DNA of 62,118 bases from an uncultured Selenomonadales bacterium (lineage in GTDB: Bacteria > Bacillota > Negativicutes > Selenomonadales > Selenomonadaceae), in the NCBI GenBank assembly GCA_946536825.1, contig CAMNEX010000001.1:1-62118 (forward strand). Direction: 5' to 3'. The notes under the pieces were generated by a model. The model worked only from the letters and a program-made list of their open reading frames with translations. It was not told the DNA's origin and searched no databases. Numbering within the stretch: position 1 is the first letter of the stretch; each line of letters opens with the position of its first letter. A program made the translations under genes and the position numbers. Of the stretch, positions 27,445 to 36,812 are shown piece by piece.

Positions 27445-28896
27445 TCAATTTGTAATTTTCGTTAAGTCGGACGCGCCAAAAATATTCATTGCGCCGACAA
27501 GATAAGAGCGTTCGTGCTCAGGCATATTCTTCAAAATCGGCGGCGGCAAATTTTCATCAACCGTAACGGAAATTTTTATCGGTCGCTTTGCAATTTCCGT
27601 CGCTGTCTGTTCAAATTTCTTTTGAAACTTTCTTAGCCTGTCCGCCATAAACGGCGATTTAAAAGCCAAGTTCAAAACGTCGCCCGAAAAACTCATGATT
27701 ACTGCCTTGTCAAAAGCAGTTTGCAAACCCGCGTCTTCGCCCTTTAATATTTCTGCCGTATCATAAAAAATTTTTCGCCCTGCGTCAAGATTTTCATTGG
27801 GCGAAACGTAAATCTGCGCGGGCGGCGGGACGATAAAATTCTGTTCGGGCGCGGCGAGTTTCATAAGCGTCATTTCCAAAATAATATCGGGAATGCCGGA
27901 GCCGAACATTTCCCCGACAGATTTTCTCAGCGCGTCGATAAAATTATCAAGCTCAGCAAAATTTTTTTCGCCGCCGTCAAGCATTTCAAATTCGATATCC
28001 CTTAGCCGCGTGATTAACGATTCGGCGATTATATTTGCCGACAAGCCCGAACGAAAAGCTTGAGTAATCGCCCGCCCGACCGCCGCCCTGTCCTTTGCCT
28101 TGACTGCGGAAATTATTTCGTCAAGATTTTCATCGGAGATTAAGCCGAGCGTTTCGTTGACGTTGTCGAGAGTAATTTCCTTGTCCGCCATTGCGTAACA
28201 TTGATCCAGATAAGTCAGCGCGTCGCGCATTGAGCCTTCCGCAAGCCGCGCAATTTTTTTAGCCGCCTCCTCTTGCAAGCCAACGCCCAATCTCCTTGCC
28301 AACGTCGAAAGATACGGCGCGATTGTCGGCGGCGGTATCAGTCGGAAATTTAAAACCTGACAGCGCGAGCGGATTGTCATGGGAACTTTATTTATTTCCG
28401 TCGTCGCCAAAAAAAATGCCACATTCGGCGGCGGCTCCTCGATTAATTTTAAGATTGAATTGACTGCCTCGAAAGACAGCATGTGAACTTCGTCGATTAT
28501 GAACGTTTTGACGCGGGCGCGTAGCGGCATAAGATAAGCCGTCGATAAAAGGCGCGTCACGTCCTCGACTGAACGATTTGACGCCGCGTCGAATTCCACA
28601 TTGTCGGGCGAAGAATCATAAGCCAGACATGATTCGCATTTGTTGCAGGGAATCTCTTTTTTGTCGAGCGGACGCCCTGCAAGTTGCGCCTCGTGCACTC
28701 TGTCGCAATTCATTGCCTTGGATAAAAGTCGCGCCGTGGAAGTTTTGCCCGTGCCGCGAGTCCCGACCAATAAATAAGCGTGAGAAAGTCTGTTGGCGGA
28801 AATTGCACGCGCCAAGGCGTTTGAAATGTGCTCCTGCCCGATTAAATGCGATAAAGTTTTCGGGCGTCCGCGGGTATATAATGCCTCATATGCCAT
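27445..28896 (-). CDS. dnaX: DNA polymerase III subunit gamma/tau
   Basis: GTRGTGKTS Walker A, zinc module CNKCESC, DEVHML, SRC motif TIRSRC. Start set at ATG 28896 behind GGAGGAAA. Confidence 0.9.
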   Translation of the reverse strand: MAYEALYTRGRPKTLSHLIGQEHISNALARAISANRLSHAYLLVGTRGTGKTSTARLLSKAMNCDRVHEAQLAGRPLDKKEIPCNKCESCLAYDSSPDNVEFDAASNRSVEDVTRLLSTAYLMPLRARVKTFIIDEVHMLSFEAVNSILKLIEEPPPNVAFFLATTEINKVPMTIRSRCQVLNFRLIPPPTIAPYLSTLARRLGVGLQEEAAKKIARLAEGSMRDALTYLDQCYAMADKEITLDNVNETLGLISDENLDEIISAVKAKDRAAVGRAITQAFRSGLSANIIAESLITRLRDIEFEMLDGGEKNFAELDNFIDALRKSVGEMFGSGIPDIILEMTLMKLAAPEQNFIVPPPAQIYVSPNENLDAGRKIFYDTAEILKGEDAGLQTAFDKAVIMSFSGDVLNLAFKSPFMADRLRKFQKKFEQTATEIAKRPIKISVTVDENLPPPILKNMPEHERSYLVGAMNIFGASDLTKITN

Positions 28897-28927
28897 AAAT
28901 TTTCCTCCGTTAAATTTTCTGTGCAAA

Positions 28928-28956
28928 ATTCTACAAAAGACTTTTCCGCCCGTCAA
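28928..28956 (-). promoter_or_regulatory. Sigma-70 promoter for dnaX-ybaB-recR
   Basis: On the minus strand: TTGACG, 17 nt, TAGAAT, about 30 nt upstream of the dnaX start. Confidence 0.5.
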
Positions 28957-28960
28957 CAAT

Positions 28961-29105
28961 AAAAAAAATCTCAGCTGTCAACGCAAAGACCTGACCTCAA
29001 CTCCGAAGCTGCGCTACAATAACCTCTCGTTGCTGCGTATGCCCTGGCGAGATTGTCAGTACAGTTTGTGTTCGGCGAAACCAAGTCTCTGCGTTCACAG
29101 CTGAA
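28961..29105 (-). ncRNA. Candidate structured small RNA (family unassigned) ending in a U-tract
   Basis: On the minus strand, the 19-nt segment CAGCTGTGAACGCAGAGAC pairs with GTCTTTGCGTTGACAGCTG (one mismatch, one GU) and encloses ~94 nt. GAGATTTTTTTT follows immediately. An alternative pairing partner GTTGACAGCTGAA lies upstream. Confidence 0.35.
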
Positions 29106-29289
29106 GAAAAAATAATCAAAAGTTTCAGCTGTCAACTACTCCTTAAAGAGCTTGCAGTTAGGATTACTCCCACCGCGTTTGGCTGGTTGACTACAGCCGC
29201 GCAGTTTTTACATGCGCCATTAATTGTCTTTCGACAAAGCCGGGTGCCTTTACGCTCTAGCGATTAACCGTTTTCCCGATAGCCAGAAA

Positions 29290-29381
29290 TGGCGGAGAGT
29301 GAGGGATTTGAACCCTCGGTGCGCTATCAACGCAACACACGATTTCCAGTCGTGCTCCTTAAGCCGCTCGGACAACTCTCC
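29290..29381 (-). tRNA. tRNA-Ser (anticodon GGA), CCA encoded
   Basis: Minus strand reads GGAGAGT-TG-TCCGAGCGGCTTAAGGAG-CACGA-CTGGAAA-TCGTG, then a long variable arm, then CGAGGGTTCAAATCCCTC-ACTCTCC-G-CCA. Confidence 0.9.
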
Positions 29382-29430
29382 GCAACGCCGCAAAGTTTAT
29401 CATTCAAATTATTAACTGTCAAGAAATTTT

Positions 29431-30057
29431 TCAATATTCGGCGGGTGGAATGAAAATTTTGTTTATCGGGACTTCGTTAATCGGGAGATCTCCGTCCGCC
29501 TCGCTCAAGATGCCCCTTGAACGCCCGATTATCAATTCGTTGTGATTCCGCGCCCAGTCCAATATCGCCCGATAAAATTTGTACATTACATCTTTGCTGG
29601 AAAATTTTTTTAAATCCTGCGGCTCGCCTGAAGTATCTTTATCCAACGCGCCCCATGTGTCGTCCAAATCGATTTTCTCGACAACTTGCACCGTCATATT
29701 TTTTAAATCGAATTTCAACATTTCCGAACGCCCGACAAGTTTGTCGTAGCCTTGCGTCGAAAGTTTTTTCCAACGTCTTTTCTGTATCACGTCATCAATT
29801 AAAATGTTGTCGTAAATGTAAATCGCCGGAACCATCAGCGTATTTAAATCCAACGTCCCGTCCGCCTTGATACGATAGCCGATTTGTTGATAATTGAACC
29901 AATAATTTGCTCGCGGTGTCGATTGAACCCACTTGTAAATTTCCGTCGGGACTTCCGTTATGACTTCGCCTTCCTCATAATATTCTGCGTGAGTCGGGCT
30001 TGCCGTGAAAATTATTGCCACTGACACCATCCCTGCAAAAAATTTTTTTAACTGCAT
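29431..30057 (-). CDS. Secreted hypothetical protein (signal peptide)
   Basis: N-terminus MQLKKFFAGMVSVAIIFTASPTHA-EYY is a signal peptide. Start placed at the second ATG (30057) for RBS spacing; ATG 30066 is possible. Confidence 0.55.
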   Translation of the reverse strand: MQLKKFFAGMVSVAIIFTASPTHAEYYEEGEVITEVPTEIYKWVQSTPRANYWFNYQQIGYRIKADGTLDLNTLMVPAIYIYDNILIDDVIQKRRWKKLSTQGYDKLVGRSEMLKFDLKNMTVQVVEKIDLDDTWGALDKDTSGEPQDLKKFSSKDVMYKFYRAILDWARNHNELIIGRSRGILSEADGDLPINEVPINKIFIPPAEY

Positions 30058-30115
30058 ATTTTTCATCCTCTCCGCGCAGATTATATCAGTTATCGGCGAA
30101 AATCACAAAATTTTT

Positions 30116-30583
30116 TTATTTCAGCTTGGCGACGTCAACCCGCCCCGCGCTTTTTATGTATTTCTCAAGCTCGTCGAGTTTGAATCGCGCGCAACTTTTA
30201 TCGTTGCCCGCCGCGGGATAAATCACGTCGAAACGTTCTAACGAAACGTCTAAATAAATCGGGACGCCCTCATTGACAGCGAACGGACAAACTCCGCCCA
30301 CCGCGTGACCGATTAAATTTTCCACTTCGTCAACCGGTATCATATGCGGACGACAGGAAAATTGCGCCTTGAATTTTTTATTGTCGATTTTCATATCGCC
30401 CGACATCAAAATCAGAATCGGCTTTTTGTCAACGAAAACCGAAATTGTCTTTGCAATGCGTCCGACTTCGCAACCGAGAGCCTGCGCGGCAAGTTCGCTC
30501 GTCGCCGTCGATTGTTCAAACTCAATCACTCGTTCCGGCTCGCCAATTTCCGCAAAATATTTTTTTACCTTCTCAATGGACAA
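30116..30583 (-). CDS. YbaK/EbsC-type aminoacyl-tRNA editing domain protein
   Basis: 155 aa. Motifs …IAKTISVFVDKKPILILMSGDMKIDNKKF… and …GHAVGGVCPF…. Confidence 0.7.
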   Translation of the reverse strand: MSIEKVKKYFAEIGEPERVIEFEQSTATSELAAQALGCEVGRIAKTISVFVDKKPILILMSGDMKIDNKKFKAQFSCRPHMIPVDEVENLIGHAVGGVCPFAVNEGVPIYLDVSLERFDVIYPAAGNDKSCARFKLDELEKYIKSAGRVDVAKLK

Positions 30584-30598
30584 TTTAATTCCTCCTGT

Positions 30599-31282
30599 TT
30601 AAATTTTTTCAAGCTTATCAAAATCAATTTTGCTAAAAATTTCTTGCGGCGTATCGATTATAATTTCCGCGCCGCTCTCGACGAGTTCATTGCGCGGACG
30701 AAAACCCCACGTCACTCCGATTGCCAAAAAGCCCGCGTTGAGTGCCGTTTGAATGTCAACTGCCGTATCGCCGAAATACGCAACGTCCGCCGCCGCCACG
30801 CCAAAATTTTTTGCAATTTCAAGGGCGCGAGTCGGGTCGGGCTTTCGCGGACGACCGGATTCGTCGCCGCTCACTGCAGAAAATTTTATCGGCGCGAGAA
30901 TTTTTTCCGCTATCGCCACCGCCGCGAAGTGTTGCTTATTTGTGCAAATGCCGAGCGGAATTTTTTTTGCCTCAAGCGTCGCCAAAAGTTTCATGACGCC
31001 CGCATAAGGACGAACTTTTTTTAAACAATTCCGAGCATAACAATCGTTATAAAAATTCAACGCCTCATCAACAAAATTTTCGTCGGAAATTTTTTCGGCG
31101 GGCAAACTCCTAAGCATTAATTTTCTTGCGCCGTTGCCGACGAATTGCCTGACTTCGTCGAGCGTCCTGCGCGGAAAATTGTAATGAATCAGCATTTCGT
31201 TGACGCTGTCATATAAATCGGCGAGCGTGTCCGTCAAAGTGCCGTCCATGTCGAAAATCGCCGCCCGATAAATTTTTTTCAT
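30599..31282 (-). CDS. HAD-superfamily phosphatase (phosphoglycolate phosphatase-like)
   Basis: Motif I AIFDMDGTLTDT, motif II …GICTNK…, motif IV YFGDTAVD. Overlaps the murI stop by 4 nt. Confidence 0.75.
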   Translation of the reverse strand: MKKIYRAAIFDMDGTLTDTLADLYDSVNEMLIHYNFPRRTLDEVRQFVGNGARKLMLRSLPAEKISDENFVDEALNFYNDCYARNCLKKVRPYAGVMKLLATLEAKKIPLGICTNKQHFAAVAIAEKILAPIKFSAVSGDESGRPRKPDPTRALEIAKNFGVAAADVAYFGDTAVDIQTALNAGFLAIGVTWGFRPRNELVESGAEIIIDTPQEIFSKIDFDKLEKI

Positions 31283-32061
31283 GTCAAAGCCTCCATATCG
31301 TCGAGCCGTTTTAAATATTTTTCAAGCCGCGCAAGCTCCGCCGCGTCCGTCACGAGCTTTTTGGAATAAAAAAATTTCACCGAAGAAAATTCCTTCGCCC
31401 GCGCAGATTTTAATTTCGTCCGCCGGATTAATTCGTTGACTGTGCCCGCGTTGCCGTCCAAAATTTTTACTTGCGAAGGCAAAATCTTTCTCAACGTGTC
31501 CTTGAAATAATTAAAATGTGTACAGCCCAAAACCAGCGACGAAAATTTTTCAAAGTCATAATCGGCAAGCTCTCCGCGCAGATAATTTTCTACTTCCGCT
31601 GAGTTGAATTCCTGCCGCTCCGCAAATTCGACGAGTCGGGGCAACGCTTTTAATTCTACGAAATTTTTCGCGTCAAGTCGTTCGATTAATTCAAAAATTT
31701 TTTCGCCCGTGATCGTTATCGCCGTCGCCGCTACCAAAACTTTCCGTTCGGGATATAAATCCAACGCAACTTTCAACGCCGGCTCCATTCCGATTATTGG
31801 CAACGAATATTTTTCGCGCATTTTTTTTACTGCCACCGAGGTTGCCGTATTGCAAGCCACGACTATTGCCGAAACTTTTTGCCCGATTAAAAATTTAAAT
31901 GCCTCGTCCACAAATTGCAAAATTTCTTCGCGGCTTTTCGTGCCGTATGGAACATTTTCTTCGTCTGCAAAAAAAATAAATTCCTCTCGCGGCAACATTC
32001 CCATTGCGTGATGTAAAACCGATAAACCGCCAATCCCCGAATCGAAAAACGCTATCTTCAA
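31279..32061 (-). CDS. murI: Glutamate racemase
   Basis: IAFFDSGIGGLSV, catalytic VVACNTATS and LGCTHFNYF. Confidence 0.9.
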   Translation of the reverse strand: MKIAFFDSGIGGLSVLHHAMGMLPREEFIFFADEENVPYGTKSREEILQFVDEAFKFLIGQKVSAIVVACNTATSVAVKKMREKYSLPIIGMEPALKVALDLYPERKVLVAATAITITGEKIFELIERLDAKNFVELKALPRLVEFAERQEFNSAEVENYLRGELADYDFEKFSSLVLGCTHFNYFKDTLRKILPSQVKILDGNAGTVNELIRRTKLKSARAKEFSSVKFFYSKKLVTDAAELARLEKYLKRLDDMEALT

Positions 32062-32073
32062 AAACTTTTCCTC

Positions 32074-33396
32074 CTAGACGCTTAAGCCCGCCGCCTTGAT
32101 TAAAATAAATATCGCAAGCCCGACAACCGAGCCGACGATTGAACCGTTTAATCTTATCCAGATAAAATCTTGCTCCGCCTTGTCGTAAACCAAATTGTTT
32201 AATTGCTCCTCGGTCAGCCGCTCCAACGCCGATTTTGCGACCGTCCCGACAAGCGGTTGCGCGTGAAGTGCCGCCCGCGCTGTCAATTCGTCGACAAATT
32301 TTTCAAAGGCATTTTTCGCTGCAGAATTTTCCCGCAAAAGCCGCAAAAGATTGTCGTATTCTTCATTGAATATGCCTATCAGCAGAACGCCCAAACTTTT
32401 TGTCTGCAATTTTTTTGGCGAACGCGCCCTTTCCAAACTTTCTTCCAAATCGGTTGTCGTTATCTGATTTTCTATGTGAATCAGCGCGAGTTCTATCGCC
32501 TCTTCCAACGGCAATTCGTTCGCCGCGTCAATTTGTATTCGCTCGACCAAATCTTTAAATTCGGGCGTGTCGCTCAGCTCCGAAATTTTTTTGCGGCATT
32601 CGTTAAAGGTTCGGCGGTGTATTTGCGTATCCAATGACAATTCGTCCAACAATTTCAACAGCTGAACTTGCATTATCCGCGCCGCTTCCTCAAAATTCAC
32701 CAAATCCAACATTTGCGCGAGCCCCGCCATTAAAATCGAAAAGCCGCCCATGTTTTTTGTTTTTTCTTCCGCGTATTTTTCTAAAACATCTTGAAGTTTG
32801 TCGCAAGTTTCGGGCTTTGCCGCCGTCCGACGCATTGCCTTGATTATTCCGATAAAAATTTCTTTGTCCTTGCCGGTTTTTTTGAACTTCGCGCCGAAAT
32901 CGTTTATAAAATTCTGCGCGGGCAAGTCGCGAATAATCCGCCGCAATTCGTTGGCAATTTCCTTGGAACGCTTTTCCTTATTCTGCGCCGTGACAAATTT
33001 TTTTACAACGTTGAAAAGTTCCCCGACAATAATTTTGCGCGTCGAATCCTTTGCAAGATAATCGACAATGCGCGGCATAAGTTTAAAATCGCCGAGCTTT
33101 TTAAAAATATTTCTTCGCGAAAAAAATTCCTGCTGAACCATTACTACCGACGCTTTTATAAAATCTTTTCTTCTGCGCGGCAAAATCGCCGTGTGAAAAG
33201 GAAAGCCCAGCGGTTTTTTGAAAAGTGCCGTCACCGCGAACCAGTCCGCTATTCCGCCGACGAGTGCCGCCTCCGTGACAAATAAAAAACCTTCCGAGAC
33301 GACGCTTCCCGGAAACGTAATTTTTATTCCGACTGCCGCCAAAAAAAACAACGCGGCGCAAAGTAAAGTTGTATCCGCCGTGTTCCACCTGTTCAA
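32074..33396 (-). CDS. DUF445-family membrane-associated protein, paralog 1
   Basis: GGIADWFAVTALFKKPLGFPFHTAILPRRRKDF near the N-terminus and IRLNGSIVGSVVGLAIF at the C-terminus. TTG start after GAGAGGTG. Confidence 0.7.
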   Translation of the reverse strand: MNRWNTADTTLLCAALFFLAAVGIKITFPGSVVSEGFLFVTEAALVGGIADWFAVTALFKKPLGFPFHTAILPRRRKDFIKASVVMVQQEFFSRRNIFKKLGDFKLMPRIVDYLAKDSTRKIIVGELFNVVKKFVTAQNKEKRSKEIANELRRIIRDLPAQNFINDFGAKFKKTGKDKEIFIGIIKAMRRTAAKPETCDKLQDVLEKYAEEKTKNMGGFSILMAGLAQMLDLVNFEEAARIMQVQLLKLLDELSLDTQIHRRTFNECRKKISELSDTPEFKDLVERIQIDAANELPLEEAIELALIHIENQITTTDLEESLERARSPKKLQTKSLGVLLIGIFNEEYDNLLRLLRENSAAKNAFEKFVDELTARAALHAQPLVGTVAKSALERLTEEQLNNLVYDKAEQDFIWIRLNGSIVGSVVGLAIFILIKAAGLSV

Positions 33397-33411
33397 AAAT
33401 TTTCACCTCTC

Positions 33412-34806
33412 TCAACGTGCAAAATTTTCTATGACTTGAGCAACGAGATATAAAAACATGCCGACAATCGCGCCGCAAACCGAACCATTGATACGAATCA
33501 TTTGCAAATCGTCCGCAACATGCCCCTCAACAAATTCCGTCAATTCGTCGTCACTGAACTTATCCAATCGCTCGCGAATCATCAGCGGTATTTGTCCGCG
33601 ATATTCTTCCAACAAATTTTCCACAAAATCTTTTATCATCGCGTCAAATTTTTTCTGGAACTCTTGATTCTGTATGAACTCGTCAATCTTCGCGTCAACC
33701 AGAAAGTCCGCCGCGTCCTTCCAAATTACCGGCTTGCGCTCAATTTCCACAATCCGCGACACGTTCGGATTAGCCGCCTGTTGCCGACGCAGTTTTTCCA
33801 AAATTTTCGGGTCGGTCTCGCCTTTAACATTAACGTCAAGCCACGTCTTTATAAAATTCTCCGAGTCAAATTTCTGCAGGAAAAGATTTTTAAGGTCCTC
33901 AAGAAATTTTTTCGTGTTCAGACTGCCCATCGCCGATTTCACGAAGCCGCCAAAAGTTTGAATCATTTCGTCCGCCGCCCGCGCAGTTTCGCTGTCAACC
34001 ATGCCCGTCATATTTAAAACCTTTTCCGCATCGTTAATCTTTTTGTCGACAGTCTCGTTGAGGATATTTAAAATTTTTTCGTCCGTCAAATCCATACTCG
34101 ACAAAACCAACGCCCGCCCCGCCGACTCGCCTTCGTAAGCCTCGCGCAATTCGGTTATCTTCTTCAAAATTTCTTCCTGCATGTGTTCGCTTTGCAAAAT
34201 TTTGTGTCCCGTGTCGAAAAGCGCGATTAAAATTTTTCGGCTGTGCTTATCGCTCGTCACGACTTTTATCACCGCGGCGAAAAGTTTTTCCGCGTCCAGA
34301 TTTTTAATTTCGTTCTCCAAAATCGGCGCAACGTCCCGCGAAATTTTCTTTGTATCCAGTTCGCTGAAAAGTTCATTTAAAACTTCCCGAACCAAAACTT
34401 TTGTCTTGGCGCGTCCGTTATTCTGCTCAAAATAATCAATCAAAAGTTGCGCGGTATTTTCGTCGCGAACGGTTTCCATAATATTTTTCGTGTTCAAAAG
34501 GTCGGTGCCGACAAATTCGACAATCGCGTCCATAATTCGTCCGCGATTGCGCCTCAAAATTTCCGTGTGAAAACCAATTCCCAACGGCTTGCGGAAAAGT
34601 GCAGTCACGCCGAACCAGTCAGCCATGCCGCCGATTGTCGCCGCCAAAAATCCATGATTCAAAAGTCCGAGCGCAAAATTTCCGCCCGCGCCCGACAAAA
34701 TAAATCTGAGCGGAGAAATTTCCGGCAAAGTCGAGACCGCCAAAAGTGCACTCGCCGCCAAAGTTGCCGTCGCCTTTGTTTTGTTTTGCAAAAAGTTCAC
34801 CTCCAT
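33412..34806 (-). CDS. DUF445-family membrane-associated protein, paralog 2
   Basis: GGMADWFGVTALFRKPLGIGFHTEILRRNRGRI and IRINGSVCGAIVGMFLY. The true start may be TTG 34791, since the listed ATG-GAG-GTG looks like its RBS. Confidence 0.7.
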   Translation of the reverse strand: MEVNFLQNKTKATATLAASALLAVSTLPEISPLRFILSGAGGNFALGLLNHGFLAATIGGMADWFGVTALFRKPLGIGFHTEILRRNRGRIMDAIVEFVGTDLLNTKNIMETVRDENTAQLLIDYFEQNNGRAKTKVLVREVLNELFSELDTKKISRDVAPILENEIKNLDAEKLFAAVIKVVTSDKHSRKILIALFDTGHKILQSEHMQEEILKKITELREAYEGESAGRALVLSSMDLTDEKILNILNETVDKKINDAEKVLNMTGMVDSETARAADEMIQTFGGFVKSAMGSLNTKKFLEDLKNLFLQKFDSENFIKTWLDVNVKGETDPKILEKLRRQQAANPNVSRIVEIERKPVIWKDAADFLVDAKIDEFIQNQEFQKKFDAMIKDFVENLLEEYRGQIPLMIRERLDKFSDDELTEFVEGHVADDLQMIRINGSVCGAIVGMFLYLVAQVIENFAR

Positions 34807-34876
34807 TTTTTTTATTTATTTTATCACGAATTTTTCCCCGTGTCTTCAAAAATTTTTCAGGAAAATTTCCGACGAC

Positions 34877-34905
34877 TTGCCTTGCCTAAATTTTTTCGCT
34901 AAAAT
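34877..34905 (+). promoter_or_regulatory. Sigma-70 promoter for hisIE
   Basis: TTGCCT, 17 nt, TAAAAT, about 25 nt upstream of the AAAGGAGG RBS. Confidence 0.4.
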
Positions 34906-34929
34906 AAGCAAGTTAAAGGAGGCTTTTAT

Positions 34930-35628
34930 ATGGATATTGACATCAGCAAAGTTAAATTCAATCAGCACGGCTTGATTCCCGCGATTATTCAGGAGGAAAG
35001 CGGGCAAGTGCTCATGCTCGCTTACATGAACGAAGAATCACTGAAGAAAACTGTTGAAACAGGTTACACGCATTTTTACAGCCGCAGTCGCAAAACTCTT
35101 TGGAAGAAGGGCGAAACAAGCGGCAACGTTCAGCAAGTCAAAGCCCTTTACTACGACTGCGACGGCGACGCGCTTTTAATTAAAGTTCATCAAACGGGCG
35201 TCGCCTGTCACACGGGAACTTATTCCTGTTTCAGCGGGCGCAGACTCGATGAAAATAAAAATTTGCCCGCCGTTATCGATCAGCCGCCCGAAGATTTATC
35301 GCTCGTCCTCTACGAACTTTATTCCGTTATCAAAGATCGTCAGCGTCACCCCGTTGAAGGCTCCTACACAAATTATCTTTTCAACATGGGGCACGACAAA
35401 ATTTTAAAGAAAGTCGGCGAAGAGGCGGTCGAAACAATTATCGCGTCGAAAAATAACAACGTGGAACAAATTTTGTACGAAATGGGCGACCTCTGGTATC
35501 ATTGCCTGGTTTTGCTGGCGTGGCACGGCATTAAACCCGAAGATCTTTTCGCGGAGTTGGTAAATCGTCGCAAAGGCGGAAATTATCACAAGTTCACGGG
35601 CAAAACCGGCGAACGCCCCGCCGATTGA
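34930..35628 (+). CDS. hisIE: Bifunctional phosphoribosyl-AMP cyclohydrolase / phosphoribosyl-ATP pyrophosphatase
   Basis: HisI part: [25 protein letters not shown]…[17 protein letters not shown]…DCDGDALL…CH. HisE part: …SYTNYLF…[12 protein letters not shown]…DLWYH. Confidence 0.9.
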   Translation: MDIDISKVKFNQHGLIPAIIQEESGQVLMLAYMNEESLKKTVETGYTHFYSRSRKTLWKKGETSGNVQQVKALYYDCDGDALLIKVHQTGVACHTGTYSCFSGRRLDENKNLPAVIDQPPEDLSLVLYELYSVIKDRQRHPVEGSYTNYLFNMGHDKILKKVGEEAVETIIASKNNNVEQILYEMGDLWYHCLVLLAWHGIKPEDLFAELVNRRKGGNYHKFTGKTGERPAD

Positions 35629-35629
35629 C

Positions 35630-36421
35630 ATGAGAAAAATTTTTTTAATCGCGCTGATTATTTTTGGACTCGGCTTTTATCACTCGCAAGCGCAAAACCT
35701 CGACGAGATAGACGAAATTGCCGCGGGCTCAAAAATTCTCGTGCTGAATTATCATCAGATAGACAATAAAAATACTTCGCTCTCCGTCACGATAAGCGAT
35801 TTTGATGCGCAGATGAAATTTCTGGCGGACAGCGGTTGTGTCACAATAACGCCCGACGAACTTTACGCCGGCTTGAACGGAGAAATTGAACTGCCGCCTA
35901 AGCCCGTTCTGATAACTTTCGATGACGGCTATATCGACAACTACACGAACGCTTTCCCGATTTTAAAAAAATACAATCTGCGGGCGACGATTTTTATTAT
36001 CCCCGCGTTCACGAGCGTTTATCCCAACTACATGACGTGGGAACAGCTCAAAGAAATGGAAGCGAACGGCATAACGATTGAATCGCACACGCTGACCCAC
36101 CCGAAACTTGAGGAATTGCCCGACGACGAAATTCGCAACGAACTTTTAAACTCTAAAAACATGTTGGAAGAACAAATGGGTCACCCGATTGAGTTTTTGG
36201 CTTATCCGACGGGCACTTACAATTTACATATCGCGGGCATTGCGCAGGATTTGGGCTATAAAGGCGCGTTCACGATAAAATATGGCGTCGTCGACAAGGG
36301 AAGCAATTTCTTTGCATTGGAGCGCGTCCCGATTTTCCACACACAAACCACAATGAAAGATTTTTATGAACGAATTGCCTGGCGACAAAGCTTTGAAGAA
36401 TTCGGTTGGATAAAAAAATAA
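35630..36421 (+). CDS. Polysaccharide deacetylase (NodB homology domain), secreted
   Basis: Signal-like N-terminus MRKIFLIALIIFGLGFY, NodB motif VLITFDDGYIDNY, and ESHTLTHP. Confidence 0.8.
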   Translation: MRKIFLIALIIFGLGFYHSQAQNLDEIDEIAAGSKILVLNYHQIDNKNTSLSVTISDFDAQMKFLADSGCVTITPDELYAGLNGEIELPPKPVLITFDDGYIDNYTNAFPILKKYNLRATIFIIPAFTSVYPNYMTWEQLKEMEANGITIESHTLTHPKLEELPDDEIRNELLNSKNMLEEQMGHPIEFLAYPTGTYNLHIAGIAQDLGYKGAFTIKYGVVDKGSNFFALERVPIFHTQTTMKDFYERIAWRQSFEEFGWIKK

Positions 36422-36536
36422 AAATCTCCTGATTAGACGAAACTTTATTTGACAGCGTAAAAGTCGTGATATAAAATTCAACGCGAAAATAAGCTTGTAC
36501 TCTCGGCGGAGAGACGAGACTTGGAGGTTTTCGCTA

Positions 36537-36812
36537 ATGAAAAAAAATAGTGGTGCGTCAATGAGCGATGCGCAAAAGTTCAGCTTGGTCAAACGCGAGG
36601 CGATTTACACGGGGCTTGCGTTGGTCGGGCTGATTATTTTTTGGTTAATCGCGGGATTCGGCACGGCGTCGCTTGACGTGAAAATTTTTCATTTGCCGCT
36701 GTGGGCATTGCTCGGCAGTATTGGCGTTTGGTTTTTCGCGATAATTATCAGCGCGATTTTGAGCAAAGTTTTGTTCAAGGACGTTGAGTTGGGGGGCGGC
36801 GAAGATGAATGA
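36537..36812 (+). CDS. Small two-TM membrane protein, YhdT-like (DUF997), partner of the symporter
   Basis: Two hydrophobic helices (LALVGLIIFWLIAGF and ALLGSIGVWFFAIIISAIL). Its stop overlaps the symporter start (ATGAATGA). ATG 36537 lies 9 nt after GGAGG. Confidence 0.55.
   Translation: MKKNSGASMSDAQKFSLVKREAIYTGLALVGLIIFWLIAGFGTASLDVKIFHLPLWALLGSIGVWFFAIIISAILSKVLFKDVELGGGEDE

Noticed and set aside
28961-29289. Calling this gap SRP RNA (ffs/scr) on synteny alone.
   Set aside because: I could not find the conserved domain IV tetraloop/AGCAGC-type motif on either strand by eye. It is therefore reported only as an unassigned ncRNA candidate that needs a covariance-model search.
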